The notes under the pieces were generated by a model. It ran no database searches, was not told where the DNA came from, and saw nothing but the letters and a program-made list of their open reading frames with translations. Below, in pieces: positions 45,208-55,263 of a stretch of DNA of 64,000 bases; position 1 is the stretch's first letter, and each line of letters opens with the position of its first letter. Source of the stretch: Vulcanimicrobiota bacterium. GTDB lineage: Bacteria; Vulcanimicrobiota; Vulcanimicrobiia; Vulcanimicrobiales; Vulcanimicrobiaceae. Made by a program: the position numbers and the translations under genes. The DNA lies in assembly GCA_963695225.1 (NCBI GenBank), contig OY968762.1:1568001-1632000 (forward strand), read 5' to 3'.

Positions 45208-46847
45208 GAAGCAACCTCCAACGACGCATCCGCGCCCGTCTGCGCGTCGAAATCGGCAAACGCCAGCGCCGGGTTCCACTCGCGGGCGAGTCCCACGCTC
45301 CATTCGCTCTCGAAGAGCGCAACCGGTTTGCCGGCCCAATCGTCGACGAGTTTCGCGTTCGAAGGCCAGCTCGCGCCGGCGATCGCCTCGGGTTCGCCGA
45401 GCACGCGGAGCGCAAGGCGATATGGAAGTCCGGTAAACGCGGTCCTCACGCCGTATTCCGATTCGATCCTGTACTTCGCGACCTCGAATTGGAGTTCGCC
45501 GACCGCGCCGAAGATCGGCTCGCTATGGACCTGCCCGGCCGGGAAGAAGACCTGGATGGCGCCTTCCTCGCGCAACTGCGCGAGCGCTTTCTGGAACGAC
45601 TTGTACGCCGACGTGTCGATGCTCCGAACCGAGGCGAAGTGCTCGGGCGCGAACGTGGGGATCGGATCGAAGCGCAGCGGCGGGCCGCTGCACAGCGTAT
45701 CCCCGATCGCGAAGCTGCCCGGATTCGCCAGGCCGACGACGTCGCCCGCGTACGCTTCGTCGACGACCTCGCGCTCGCTCGCGAACAGCTTCATCGCGCG
45801 CGTGAGCCGCACGTCCTTCCCCGTACGCACGTTGCGGACGGTCATGTCGCGTTCGAACCTTCCGCTGCAGACGCGCACGAACGCGACGCGGTCGCGATGG
45901 CGGGGGTCCATGTTCGCCTGGATCTTGAAGACGAAGCCGGAGAAATTCTCCGAAACCGGCGGAACGGGCTCGCGTTCGCTTTCGGTGCCGGAGGCCGCCA
46001 TGCGCGGCGTCGGCGGCGGCGCGGTCGCGATGAAACCGTCGAGGAACAGTTCCACGCCGAAGTTCGTCACGGCACTTCCGAAGTAGACGGGTGTCGATTC
46101 GCCCGCAATGAACGCGTCCCGGTCGAACCGTTCTCCCGCACCGTCGAGGAGTTCGAGGGAGTCGCGGAATTCGGCGAGCGTCGTCGCGTCGGTCAGCTCC
46201 GCGATGCGCGGGTCGCTTTCTCCCGTTACCCGCACCGGCGCGCGTTTCGCGCCGTGCGTCGTGCGTTCGAAGAGATGCACCTCGCGCGTCGTGCGGTCGA
46301 AGACGCCGCGAAACGAGGGTCCGTTGCCGATCGGCCAATTGACGGGGAACGCGCCGATCCCCAAGACTTTTTCCAGTTCGTCCAGGAGTTCGAGCGGATC
46401 GCGGCTCGGGCGGTCCATCTTGTTGATGAACGTGAAGAGCGGGATGCGCCGGGCGCGGCAGATCGCGAACAGCTTTTTCGTCTGCGGTTCGACGCCCTTG
46501 GCCGCGTCGATCAGCATTACCGCGCTGTCGGCGGCGAGCAGCGTGCGGTAGGTATCCTCGCCGAAATCTTGGTGCCCCGGCGTGTCGAGCAGGTTGAGCG
46601 TGAACCCTTTGTACGGGAACTGGAGGACGGTCGAGGTGATCGAGATCCCACGCTCCTTCTCGAGTTCCATCCAGTCCGAGGTCGCGGAGCGTGCCTTGCG
46701 CCTGGCGGCGACCTGGCCCGCCGTCGCGATCGCCCCGCCGTAGAGGAGCAGCTTTTCGGTGAGCGTCGTCTTGCCCGCGTCCGGGTGCGAGATGATCGCG
46801 AACGTGCGGCGCCGCGAAACCTCCTCGGAGATGTCCATTGGGCTCAT
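45204..46847 (-). CDS. prfC: Peptide chain release factor 3
   Basis: RRRTFAIISHPDAGKTTLTEK, SDWMELEKERGIS, DTPGHQDF, KIQANMDPRHRDR motifs. Confidence 0.98.
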   Translation of the reverse strand: MSPMDISEEVSRRRTFAIISHPDAGKTTLTEKLLLYGGAIATAGQVAARRKARSATSDWMELEKERGISITSTVLQFPYKGFTLNLLDTPGHQDFGEDTYRTLLAADSAVMLIDAAKGVEPQTKKLFAICRARRIPLFTFINKMDRPSRDPLELLDELEKVLGIGAFPVNWPIGNGPSFRGVFDRTTREVHLFERTTHGAKRAPVRVTGESDPRIAELTDATTLAEFRDSLELLDGAGERFDRDAFIAGESTPVYFGSAVTNFGVELFLDGFIATAPPPTPRMAASGTESEREPVPPVSENFSGFVFKIQANMDPRHRDRVAFVRVCSGRFERDMTVRNVRTGKDVRLTRAMKLFASEREVVDEAYAGDVVGLANPGSFAIGDTLCSGPPLRFDPIPTFAPEHFASVRSIDTSAYKSFQKALAQLREEGAIQVFFPAGQVHSEPIFGAVGELQFEVAKYRIESEYGVRTAFTGLPYRLALRVLGEPEAIAGASWPSNAKLVDDWAGKPVALFESEWSVGLAREWNPALAFADFDAQTGADASLEVAS

Positions 46848-46875
46848 CGATTCGCCGCAGCGGGCGCGAAAGCCG

Positions 46876-47385
46876 TCACGCGAGATTCGGACAGGCTCCC
46901 CAGCCGGGGCCGCGCCGCGTCCGGTAGGTGCGCAAGGTCGTGACGTTGCGCCTCCGTTCGATGAGCGCGAGGCCCTCGTCGAGCACGTAGAGTTCCGCCG
47001 GAGGCGGGACGCGCAGCCGGTCGCCCGAGCGCTCGACGCGCACGTCGCCGGCGCCCGAAATCAGGCGGCAGCTTCCGCTCGCGACGCCGCTCCCGGCGGC
47101 GACGCGCGCGCTGCGCGCGGGGAGCCGCGCGCGTATCTCCGCCTCGCCGCCGCGCCGCACGGCGCACTGGCGCAGGCACTCGGGGAGCGCCGAGAGCGCC
47201 TAGGCCGCCTCGAGCGCGAGCGCCGCCGAGGGGCGCGCTTCCGGCGCGTTCGTCGCCGCCGGGCGTCCGGCGGGCGATGCGCTCACCGAAGCGATCTCGA
47301 GCGGGCGCTGCGGCCGGTGGAGCGGCGCGAACAACGCGATCGCCCCGAGGACGATCGCCGTCGCGATCAGGAGGTAACGCCACAT
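46876..47385 (-). pseudogene. Membrane-anchored hypothetical protein interrupted by a single in-frame TAG (47200-47202)
   Basis: ORFs 47200..47385 and 46876..47160 are in the same frame. Reading through gives ...ALALEAA*ALSALPECLRQCAVRRGG... Confidence 0.55.
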
Positions 47386-47388
47386 TCG

Positions 47389-48387
47389 CTAGCGCGCGCG
47401 GGCGGCGTGGCCGAGCCGCACGATGACCTCTTGCGGCGCGACGTGCGCGGCGCGCGCGAGCGCATCGAGATCCGTCTCCGCGTGAATGAGCGCGACCGAT
47501 CCTTCCGTGAACCCTTCGGGGCGCAGGAGCGTGGCATACTGCATGCCGACGAAGATGAATCCGTCCTTCGTCCCGACCGCACGCGGGAAACCGTCGCCGT
47601 AACCGCACCGGGCGATCGCGAGCGTCCCTCGCTTCGGCGCCGACCTCGTGCCGTAGCCGACGCGCTGGCCGCGTGCGGGGATGTGGTCGACGATCGCCGC
47701 CTGCACGCGCAGCGCCGATTTCACTCCGGGCGGCCCGACGCCGAAGCGGAATCCGAAGAGCGCCGCGCCGAGCCGGACGTTGCTCCCCTCGCTCTTCCCG
47801 GCGGCGGCCGAACCGGAACTTTCGATATCGTGGCCGACGACGTTCGCGCCCGCGGCGCGAAGCGTCGCGAGACTCTGCTCGAAGACCGCGCGATGCTCGT
47901 CCTCGCTCGTGGGATCGCTCACGTGCGTCCAGACCTCGACCTCACAGCCGACCGCGGCGAGCGCCGCGCCGAACTCCGCGACGTCGGGCGGATCGATTCC
48001 GGACCAGCCGATCGAGGGCCGGATCCCGACCCGAATGCGCGCGGAGCGAGCGCGAGCGCGCGACCACGCGCGCACGGCTTCGAGCCCTTCGTGGGTCGAA
48101 ACGTTCGGGATGCCTCCCGCGTCGAGCACGCGGGCGAGTTCCCGCGGCGGGATATCCGAGAGCGTCAGCACGCTGCGCGACGTCAACGCGCGCACGGCAA
48201 AGAACTCGTCGATGTCGGCGACGATGAAGGCGTCGACGGCGTTCTCGAGCGCGTTGACCACGGTTCGGAAACCCCAGCCGTATCCGTCGCCCTTCACGAC
48301 CGCGCGCACCGGAACGCCGCAGTGCTCTCTCCACTCGCGCGCGTTCGCGCGGAGCGCCGGCACGTCGAGCGCGATTTGCGGTTTCAT
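47389..48387 (-). CDS. alr: Alanine racemase (short, divergent)
   Basis: RAVVKGDGYGWG (PLP Lys), VRLGAALFG, VGYG, GYGDGFPR, VGMQY motifs. Confidence 0.82.
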   Translation of the reverse strand: MKPQIALDVPALRANAREWREHCGVPVRAVVKGDGYGWGFRTVVNALENAVDAFIVADIDEFFAVRALTSRSVLTLSDIPPRELARVLDAGGIPNVSTHEGLEAVRAWSRARARSARIRVGIRPSIGWSGIDPPDVAEFGAALAAVGCEVEVWTHVSDPTSEDEHRAVFEQSLATLRAAGANVVGHDIESSGSAAAGKSEGSNVRLGAALFGFRFGVGPPGVKSALRVQAAIVDHIPARGQRVGYGTRSAPKRGTLAIARCGYGDGFPRAVGTKDGFIFVGMQYATLLRPEGFTEGSVALIHAETDLDALARAAHVAPQEVIVRLGHAARAR

Positions 48388-48824
48388 CGTAACGTCATCG
48401 AGGCGACCGTATCGCCGGAGGGCGTGACGACGTCGACGATCGAGCCGGGCCGGTAGACCGCGTTCGGGATCACCCACAGCGTGTACGTGTGATACTCGCT
48501 CGAAGGCGCGCCGCCGCCCGCCGTGGGCCGTTCGAACGCGACGATGCGCACCCGATCCGCGTTCGCGCGAATCGATTCTATCACTTGGCGGTAACCGGTC
48601 TCCCGATGCGGCCCCATGAGGAGCACGACGCCGAACTCGTGATTGAACGTGATCTGCGCGCGAATGCCGAGCTCTTCGAGGTCGCGCGTCGAACGCACGA
48701 CGGCGATCTGACTCGTCCGCGCGGCGGACGTCGTCCCTTGTGCATACTCCTTCACGCGCACCTCGCGGCAACCCGCAAGGGAGAGAGCCAACGCGGCGAG
48801 CGCGAGAAATCTCAGCTTACGCAT
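48384..48824 (-). CDS. Lipoprotein with PrcB C-terminal-like domain
   Basis: LAGC lipobox; VLLMGPHRETGY..VIESI pattern. Confidence 0.6.
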   Translation of the reverse strand: MRKLRFLALAALALSLAGCREVRVKEYAQGTTSAARTSQIAVVRSTRDLEELGIRAQITFNHEFGVVLLMGPHRETGYRQVIESIRANADRVRIVAFERPTAGGGAPSSEYHTYTLWVIPNAVYRPGSIVDVVTPSGDTVASMTLR

Positions 48825-49158
48825 CGCGAGCGCTGTTCGCGCGTAGTCCGGACCGGCCTCTTCCGAGCGTGATATTCCGGCCCGCCGTGCGACAATCGTA
48901 GCAGATGCGGATGCGCGCGAACTCCGCATCGAGCGTGCCTACTAAGAGAAGGAACCGCTCGAACGGCTGCAACCCACTCCCACTTCCACAGGTCGGAAGC
49001 GGAAAACCTACGAAAGATCGTTGGAACACCGAAGTATCGCATTCTGAAGACCGCGAATGATTTCGAGGCGCGCGTTAATGAAGTTGGTTCCGACAAAAGT
49101 CGGCCCGTCTCCCACTCGGAACACATCATCGGCGGTCGAAACGACGGGCGGGAACGCG

Positions 49159-50097
49159 GTGCGCTGGTTCCGCAGGCTCGCGATTTCGGCCGCCACGCTC
49201 GCGTTCGCGCTAGCCGTCCTGGGCAGTTGGGTGCGCATCAACGGGGCCGGCATGACCTGCCCGGATTGGCCGTTGTGCAACGGGAAGCTGATTCCGGCGA
49301 TGGGCGGCGGGGTCGTGCTCGAGTGGTCGCATCGATTCGTCGCATTCATCGAGGGCTTGGTCGTGCTCGGTCTCTTCGTCGCGGGTTGGAACGTACGCGA
49401 GCGCATCGCGGCGGTCGGACCGATGCTCGGCGCGCTCGGGCTCGCTTTCCTCGCGCAAGTCGCTCTCGGCGGAGCGACCGTCCAGCTTGCGAATAGCCCG
49501 CTCTCCGTGACGCTGCACTGGGCGGCGGCGATGGTGCTGCTCGCGCTCCTCGCGACGCTCGCGCTCCTCGCCGTCCTCGCCCCGCCTCCCGGAAGCCGTT
49601 TCGCGCCGAGATCGCACGGGCTCGCGCTCGCAACCGCGGCGCTCCTCGGATTCGTCGCGATGTGCATCGGGTCGTACGTCAGCTCGAGCTTCGCGGGCCT
49701 CGCGTGCGCGACGTTCCCGGATTGCAACGGAACGCTCTTCGGGCGCAACGGAGCCGAGCTCGCGCAGATGCTGCACCGGCTCTTCGCCGGCGCGTTCGCG
49801 CTCGCCGCGCTCGTCGCACTCCGGCTCGCTTTCGTGCGCGGCTCGCGCCTCGTGCGCCTCTTCGCGGGCATCGGCGGGACGCTCACGGTCGTCCAGATCG
49901 CGCTCGGAGCGGCGAACGTCGCCTGGCTCTTGCCGACGGCGTTGCGCGAGGCGCACGCCGCAAACGCGAGCGCGACGTTCGTCGCGTTCGTGATCGCCGC
50001 GGCCGCGGCCGCGTGCGAGCCCGCCCGCGCCCGATTGCGCAGCGTCCCCGCGAAAGGCGCGCGCGAGCGGACGCGACGCGTGGTGCGAAGCGCATGA
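49159..50097 (+). CDS. ctaA: Heme A synthase (COX15/CtaA)
   Basis: AGMTCPDWPLCNG, EWSHR, AGLACATFPDCNG, MLHR. Start could be as far up as 49057. Confidence 0.92.
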   Translation: MRWFRRLAISAATLAFALAVLGSWVRINGAGMTCPDWPLCNGKLIPAMGGGVVLEWSHRFVAFIEGLVVLGLFVAGWNVRERIAAVGPMLGALGLAFLAQVALGGATVQLANSPLSVTLHWAAAMVLLALLATLALLAVLAPPPGSRFAPRSHGLALATAALLGFVAMCIGSYVSSSFAGLACATFPDCNGTLFGRNGAELAQMLHRLFAGAFALAALVALRLAFVRGSRLVRLFAGIGGTLTVVQIALGAANVAWLLPTALREAHAANASATFVAFVIAAAAAACEPARARLRSVPAKGARERTRRVVRSA

Positions 50098-51026
50098 ACT
50101 CGACGATCGCGCGCCTGGACGGCCGCCTTCCCATCCAACTGGCCGGCTGGCGCGGCACGCTCGTCGATTATTACGAGCTGACGAAACCGCGCATCATCCT
50201 CTTGCTGCTGGTCACGACGGCCGCGTCGATGGTGATGGCGGCGCGCGGCCTCCCGCCGCTCGGGACCCTCGTCGCGACGCTCGTCGCCGGCGCGCTCGCG
50301 GCGGGTTCCTCCGGCGCGTTCAACTGCGCGATCGACCGCGACATCGACCCCTTGATGCGCCGTACGATGATGCGCCCCATCCCGCTCGGCCGCATCACGC
50401 CGCGGCAGGCGCTCGTCTTCGCGACGGCCACGGGGATCGTCTCGTTCGCTTTGTTCTACCTCTGCGTCAACGCGTTCTCGGCCTGGCTTTCGCTCGGCGG
50501 CGAGTTGTATTACGTCGTGATCTACTCGCTCTGGCTCAAGCGCGTGACCACCGCGAACATCGTCATCGGCGGGGCGTCCGGCGCGATCCCGGCGCTCGTC
50601 GGCTGGGCCGCAGTCACGAACTCGATCGGATGGCCCGCGCTCGGCCTCTTCGCGCTCGTCTTTTTTTGGACGCCGCCCCATTTCTGGTCCCTGGCGCTCA
50701 TGGTCGAGACCGATTATCACAAAGCGAACATCCCGATGCTACCGAACGTGTACGGCGTCCGGCGGACCAAAATCGAGATATTCGCCTACACGGTCGTCCT
50801 GGTCGCCGGCTCCCTGGCTCTGACCTTTCTCGGAGTCTTCGGCGCCCTGTATTTCGGCGCGGCGGCCGTTTTGGGCGGGATTTTCCTCTACAAGGCATAT
50901 ATGATCTTTGCCGGGCCGACCAAGCAACGGGCTAGGAGCACGTTCCGGTACTCCCTCCTCTATCTGGCGCTGATGAGCGCCGTCATGGTGATCGACAGGC
51001 TCGTTGCCGTCATCCCGCATCACTGA
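50094..51026 (+). CDS. ctaB: Heme O synthase (protoheme IX farnesyltransferase)
   Basis: LTKPRI, DRDID..MRRT..RPIP.G, NIVIGG, FFWTPPHFWSL motifs. Confidence 0.96.
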   Translation: MNSTIARLDGRLPIQLAGWRGTLVDYYELTKPRIILLLLVTTAASMVMAARGLPPLGTLVATLVAGALAAGSSGAFNCAIDRDIDPLMRRTMMRPIPLGRITPRQALVFATATGIVSFALFYLCVNAFSAWLSLGGELYYVVIYSLWLKRVTTANIVIGGASGAIPALVGWAAVTNSIGWPALGLFALVFFWTPPHFWSLALMVETDYHKANIPMLPNVYGVRRTKIEIFAYTVVLVAGSLALTFLGVFGALYFGAAAVLGGIFLYKAYMIFAGPTKQRARSTFRYSLLYLALMSAVMVIDRLVAVIPHH

Positions 51027-52481
51027 ATGAAGTTGCAGACAGACCGACCTCCCGCCGCGTCCGCCGGGGCCGATGCGGCCGCGGCTGCGAGCGCTTCCCC
51101 GAAGAAGGTCGCCGGGCACACGTTCGACCGCGCGAACATCCCGCTGCTTCTCACGCTCGGGCTCGGGGTTTTTGCGGGCGCGTTCGATCTGAGCGTCCTT
51201 TCGCCGGCGCTGCCGGCGCTGGCGCGCGACTTCTCGACGGCGCCGCGCGACATGGCGTGGGTCTTCACGCTCTATCTGCTCGCGAACATCGTCAGCATCC
51301 CCGTGATGACGAAGCTTTCGGATACGTACGGACGGCGCTCCATCTACATCACGTGCGTTTCGATCTTCGCAGCGGGGAGCGTGCTGGCGATCCTCTCGCC
51401 GACGTTCGGATTCTTCCTCGCGGCGCGCGCGATCCAGGCGGTCGGCGCGGGCGGCATCTTTCCCGTTGCGACGGCGGCGATCGCCGATCGCGTGCCGATC
51501 GAACGGCGTGGTTCCGCGCTCGGCATCCTCGGTGCGATCTGGGGCGTCGCGGCAATCGTGGGCCCCGCGGTCGGCGGCGTGCTGACGCATTTTCTCTCGT
51601 GGCACTGGATCTTCGCCGCGAACGTGCCGCTCGCGATCGTCGTGATCTCGATGGCGATGCGCCACGTGCCGACGCTCGCCTCGCGCGTGCGCGGCGCGCT
51701 CGATATCGCGGGGATCCTCGCCCTCGCGACCGGTCTGCTCGGGCTCATGATCGGCCTGACGCGGCTCGATCCGAACGCGGCGACGATCGGGAACTCGACC
51801 GTGTATGCGGCGCTCGGCATCGCGGCCGTCGCGTTCGCGCTGCTGATTCCGATCGAACGGCGGGCCGAATCGCCGATGATCTCTCCGGCGCTCTTCGCGA
51901 CGCGGCAACTGATCGTGACGTACTCGCTCGAGATCGCGATCGGGCTCCTCGAGGGCGCGCTCTTCTTCATCCCGGCGGCGCTCGTCGCCGCGCAACACAT
52001 GTCGTACGCGTTCGCGGGCGCGATCGCCGCGATCGGCGCCGTCGTCTTCGTCGCCGTGATCCCCGGGGCGGGGCGCGCGCTCGACAAGTTCGGGAGCCGC
52101 GCGGTCCTGCTCGTCGGCGCGAGCCTCACCGCGGCGGGCCTCGCGATCGTCGGCGCCGGTTTGAGTTCCCTGCCGCTCGTCATCGCCGGCCTGACGGTCG
52201 CCGGTTGCGGGTTCGGATCGCTGCTCGGCGCTCCGACGCGCTACATCATCACGAACGAAGTCCCCTCGACGGCGCGAGCCTCGGCCGTCGGCCTCTTGAG
52301 CATATTCCTGATCATGGGGCAGATCGTCGGCGGCTCGCTCGCGGGCGGCGTCGTCGGCCTAAAACTGGAAGATGCCGCCGGTTACCAACACGCCTACTTC
52401 ACGTTCGCTGCGGTCGCGGTCCTCACCGCATTCGGAACGCTTGCCCTCAAGTCGAAATCGGAGGAACGCCCAGGAAACTGA
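51027..52481 (+). CDS. MFS transporter (DHA2-like, about 14 TM)
   Basis: KLSDTYGRR motif A, RAIQAVGAGG, GPAVGG motifs. Confidence 0.9.
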   Translation: MKLQTDRPPAASAGADAAAAASASPKKVAGHTFDRANIPLLLTLGLGVFAGAFDLSVLSPALPALARDFSTAPRDMAWVFTLYLLANIVSIPVMTKLSDTYGRRSIYITCVSIFAAGSVLAILSPTFGFFLAARAIQAVGAGGIFPVATAAIADRVPIERRGSALGILGAIWGVAAIVGPAVGGVLTHFLSWHWIFAANVPLAIVVISMAMRHVPTLASRVRGALDIAGILALATGLLGLMIGLTRLDPNAATIGNSTVYAALGIAAVAFALLIPIERRAESPMISPALFATRQLIVTYSLEIAIGLLEGALFFIPAALVAAQHMSYAFAGAIAAIGAVVFVAVIPGAGRALDKFGSRAVLLVGASLTAAGLAIVGAGLSSLPLVIAGLTVAGCGFGSLLGAPTRYIITNEVPSTARASAVGLLSIFLIMGQIVGGSLAGGVVGLKLEDAAGYQHAYFTFAAVAVLTAFGTLALKSKSEERPGN

Positions 52482-52521
52482 GCGCGCGCAACGTCGGTCG
52501 AACAACGCCGGAGGTTAGCGA

Positions 52522-54240
52522 GTGCGATTCTTCAAGCCGAACATCGATAGGCTATCGATGAAGCGCGACGTCCCGGGGCTCGTTGAAGCCCTGGGCGATT
52601 CGGATCGTACGATCCGGTCCGACGCGGGCCAGGCGCTTGCAAAACTCGGCGCTCCCGGCGTCGAGGCGCTGCTGGCCGCGCTACGGCACAAGTCCGCCGT
52701 CGTGCGCGAGAGCGCGGCGCTCGCGCTCGGCAGCGGGAACGCTCGAGCGGCGGAGGCGCTGACGGAGGCCCTTCGGCACGATCGGAGCCCGGTCGTGCGC
52801 GCCGCGGCCGCGACGGCGATCGGGCAGGCCCGGGACGCTTCCTGCGCGGAGGCGCTCGTCGCGGCCCTCGCCGACGCGCCCGAAGTGAACGCGAGCGCGC
52901 GCGAGGCGCTGCTCGACGTCGGCGGCGGCGCCGTCGAAGCGCTCGTCGCCGGATTGAAGAGCCCGGAGCGGAAGATCCGCGAATCAGCCGCTTGGCTGCT
53001 CGGCGAGATCGCGGACCCGCGAGCGTTCAGGCCGCTCGTCGCAGCGCTGCAGGACGCCGATCCCGTGGTAGTCCAGCATGCGTCGCACGCCGTGGAGCGC
53101 CTCAGCCGCGCGCAGAACGCGTTGATCGCGGATCTGCAGAACCCGACGCTCGCCGTGCGCCGATCCTGCGCGAAAGCGCTCGACGACCTCGGCTGGGAGG
53201 CGGATTCCGGCCCGGCCGGGGCTGCGTATTGGGCCGCGAAATGCCGGTGGGACGAATGCCTGCGCATCGGCGCCCCGGCGGTCGGGGCCCTGATCCGCGC
53301 GATCCTGGGGACCGCGAAGCCCGGCGAGGACCGCGCGGAGGAGCAGGCGGCCGCCGCCGAAACGCTCGGCGCGATAGGCGCCCCCGCCGTGCGCCCCGTC
53401 ATCGCGGCCTCGGAGGTCGCGCACTCCCCGGACGACGCGAACGCGCTGCTGTCGAGCCTCGCCTACGTTCGGGATCCGGACGCCGTCGAGCCCCTCATCG
53501 AAATGTTGAGCGCGAACAAATACGGGCAACACTATGCCGCCCTCGCGCTCGCTCGCATCGGCGATCCTCGCGCGGTCGCGCCGCTCGGCGTCGCGGTCGC
53601 CGATGCGAAGTGGCACAACGACGTGCGCCGAGCCTGCGCGGGGGCCCTCGGCGCGCTCGGGGATCGCGGCGGAGTCGAACCGCTGATCGCCGTCCTGACG
53701 CGGCGCAGCGAGCGGGTCGATCTCGAGGTCGCGGCGATCGAGGCGCTCGGGATGATCGGCGACCGCCGAGCCTGCGAAGCCGTCGTCGACGCGATGTTCC
53801 GGTTCCCGCTCAACGATTACGCGTGGTACACGGTCGCACCGGCGGTGCGCGCGCTCTTCGAGGACCTCACCGAACCGATCCTCGAGATCTCGGGCTACAC
53901 CGTCACGGATACGTTCGGCCGGAAAACGACGGAAGAGATGCGCGACCAAGCGTTCTGGACCGGCTCCGGGAAGCTGCAGTTCCAGCTGGAGCGCAATCTG
54001 GTCGCGCTCCGGCGCTTGTGCAGCCACGCGACGCCGGTTACGACGAATCTCTTGTACCAAGTCCGCGACGGCCTCGCCAAGAAGACCAGCTACCCCGGCG
54101 CGGCGGCCGAGTTCCAGCGCGACTTCGGCAAACTGAGGGAAGACGCCGCGAGCGAACTCGCCCGCCGCGGGAAGCCCCCGTTCGATCCGGCTGCGTATCT
54201 CACGACGGAGGGCTGGCGGCTCGCGAAAAACGAGGCCTAG
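52522..54240 (+). CDS. HEAT-repeat (PBS lyase-like) protein
   Basis: Repeated VR..AA.ALG.IGD.RAV.PL units. GGAGG RBS. Confidence 0.85.
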   Translation: MRFFKPNIDRLSMKRDVPGLVEALGDSDRTIRSDAGQALAKLGAPGVEALLAALRHKSAVVRESAALALGSGNARAAEALTEALRHDRSPVVRAAAATAIGQARDASCAEALVAALADAPEVNASAREALLDVGGGAVEALVAGLKSPERKIRESAAWLLGEIADPRAFRPLVAALQDADPVVVQHASHAVERLSRAQNALIADLQNPTLAVRRSCAKALDDLGWEADSGPAGAAYWAAKCRWDECLRIGAPAVGALIRAILGTAKPGEDRAEEQAAAAETLGAIGAPAVRPVIAASEVAHSPDDANALLSSLAYVRDPDAVEPLIEMLSANKYGQHYAALALARIGDPRAVAPLGVAVADAKWHNDVRRACAGALGALGDRGGVEPLIAVLTRRSERVDLEVAAIEALGMIGDRRACEAVVDAMFRFPLNDYAWYTVAPAVRALFEDLTEPILEISGYTVTDTFGRKTTEEMRDQAFWTGSGKLQFQLERNLVALRRLCSHATPVTTNLLYQVRDGLAKKTSYPGAAAEFQRDFGKLREDAASELARRGKPPFDPAAYLTTEGWRLAKNEA

Positions 54241-55250
54241 GCCGCGAAGATGCGGCGGCCGATCCGGTATAGGATCCATCCGAAGGCCGCGAAGATGGCG
54301 AGCACGATCGCCAAATCCGCGAAGCCCGAAAACTGCGCGGCGCGGTTCCCGCATATCGCGACCGCGCGCGACGAAAGCCAGAGGTCGAAACGCGCGAACG
54401 GATTCGAGGATTCGCGCCGCAAATTTCGCACGCTCGCGACGATCTCGTCCGGAGCCCACGACGTCTCGTCGATCAACTGCCGGATCACGCCGCCTTCGTC
54501 GATCACGGCGGTCCGCTCGGGGTGGATCAGTCCGAAGCGCTCGTCGGGGAACGCGGTCACGCCGAATTGCGCCGCGAAATCGAGGACGCGGTCGGGATCG
54601 CCGCCGGCGAACGTCCAGCGCGAGGCGTCCGCATCGAGCGCGGCGGCGTAGCGTCGCAAGACCGGCGGCGTGTCGTAGCGCGGATCGAGCGTGACGAGGA
54701 CGAGACGCGCCGGTTCGCCGCGGAGCATCCCCTGGAGCGTGTGGAACTTCGCGGAGATCAGGGGGCACATGCGCGGATCCCGGCAGCGCGTGTAGATGAA
54801 TGCGAGGACCGCGACTTGCCCGCGCAACTGCGCGAACGAGAACGGCTTGCCGTCCTGGTCCGTGAAGTCCGCCGCGGGGACGAGATCGCCGATCACCAGG
54901 TGGCGCACGTTGCGCAGGACCTTGTCGCCGTTCGCCTGGGGCGCGGGCGTGCCGGTCATGCCCTGGCTCCCAACGATCCGCACGTCGCGAAGCGTCCAGG
55001 GATCGGCCGAAGTATCGAGCTCGGCATCGATGACGTCACCCGCGTGGAGTGCGCGGACGCGCGCGGCCGGGTCGACGCGGAACGGCATCGTCATCCCGGG
55101 CATCCCGCCGACGGGATCGTGCCGGACGATCGCTTCCCCCTTCGCGGGATTCGCCGAGAGGACGAGGCCGTGGAGGCGCTCGGCGGCGCCGGCCGGAGCG
55201 CCTGCGCCGAACAAAGTGCTAAGCACGCCTAGGACGATAGTTAGGAGCAC
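54237..55250 (-). CDS. SCO family copper chaperone with N-terminal CusF-like domain
   Basis: VRHDPVGGMPGMTMPF (CusF-like), FIYTRCRDPRMCP and IHPERT (SCO), C-terminal TM. Start uncertain. Confidence 0.85.
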   Translation of the reverse strand: MLLTIVLGVLSTLFGAGAPAGAAERLHGLVLSANPAKGEAIVRHDPVGGMPGMTMPFRVDPAARVRALHAGDVIDAELDTSADPWTLRDVRIVGSQGMTGTPAPQANGDKVLRNVRHLVIGDLVPAADFTDQDGKPFSFAQLRGQVAVLAFIYTRCRDPRMCPLISAKFHTLQGMLRGEPARLVLVTLDPRYDTPPVLRRYAAALDADASRWTFAGGDPDRVLDFAAQFGVTAFPDERFGLIHPERTAVIDEGGVIRQLIDETSWAPDEIVASVRNLRRESSNPFARFDLWLSSRAVAICGNRAAQFSGFADLAIVLAIFAAFGWILYRIGRRIFAA

Positions 55251-55263
55251 CGAATAGCCTGAA

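Noticed and set aside
47200..47202. Pyrrolysine recoding of the in-frame TAG
   Set aside because: No pyl genes in the window, and TAG serves as an ordinary stop for many genes here
48830..49150. Hairpins in the divergent region upstream of ctaA (for example GATGCGGA..TCCGCATC) as a riboswitch
   Set aside because: No recognisable riboswitch consensus, and short stems are expected in GC-rich DNA
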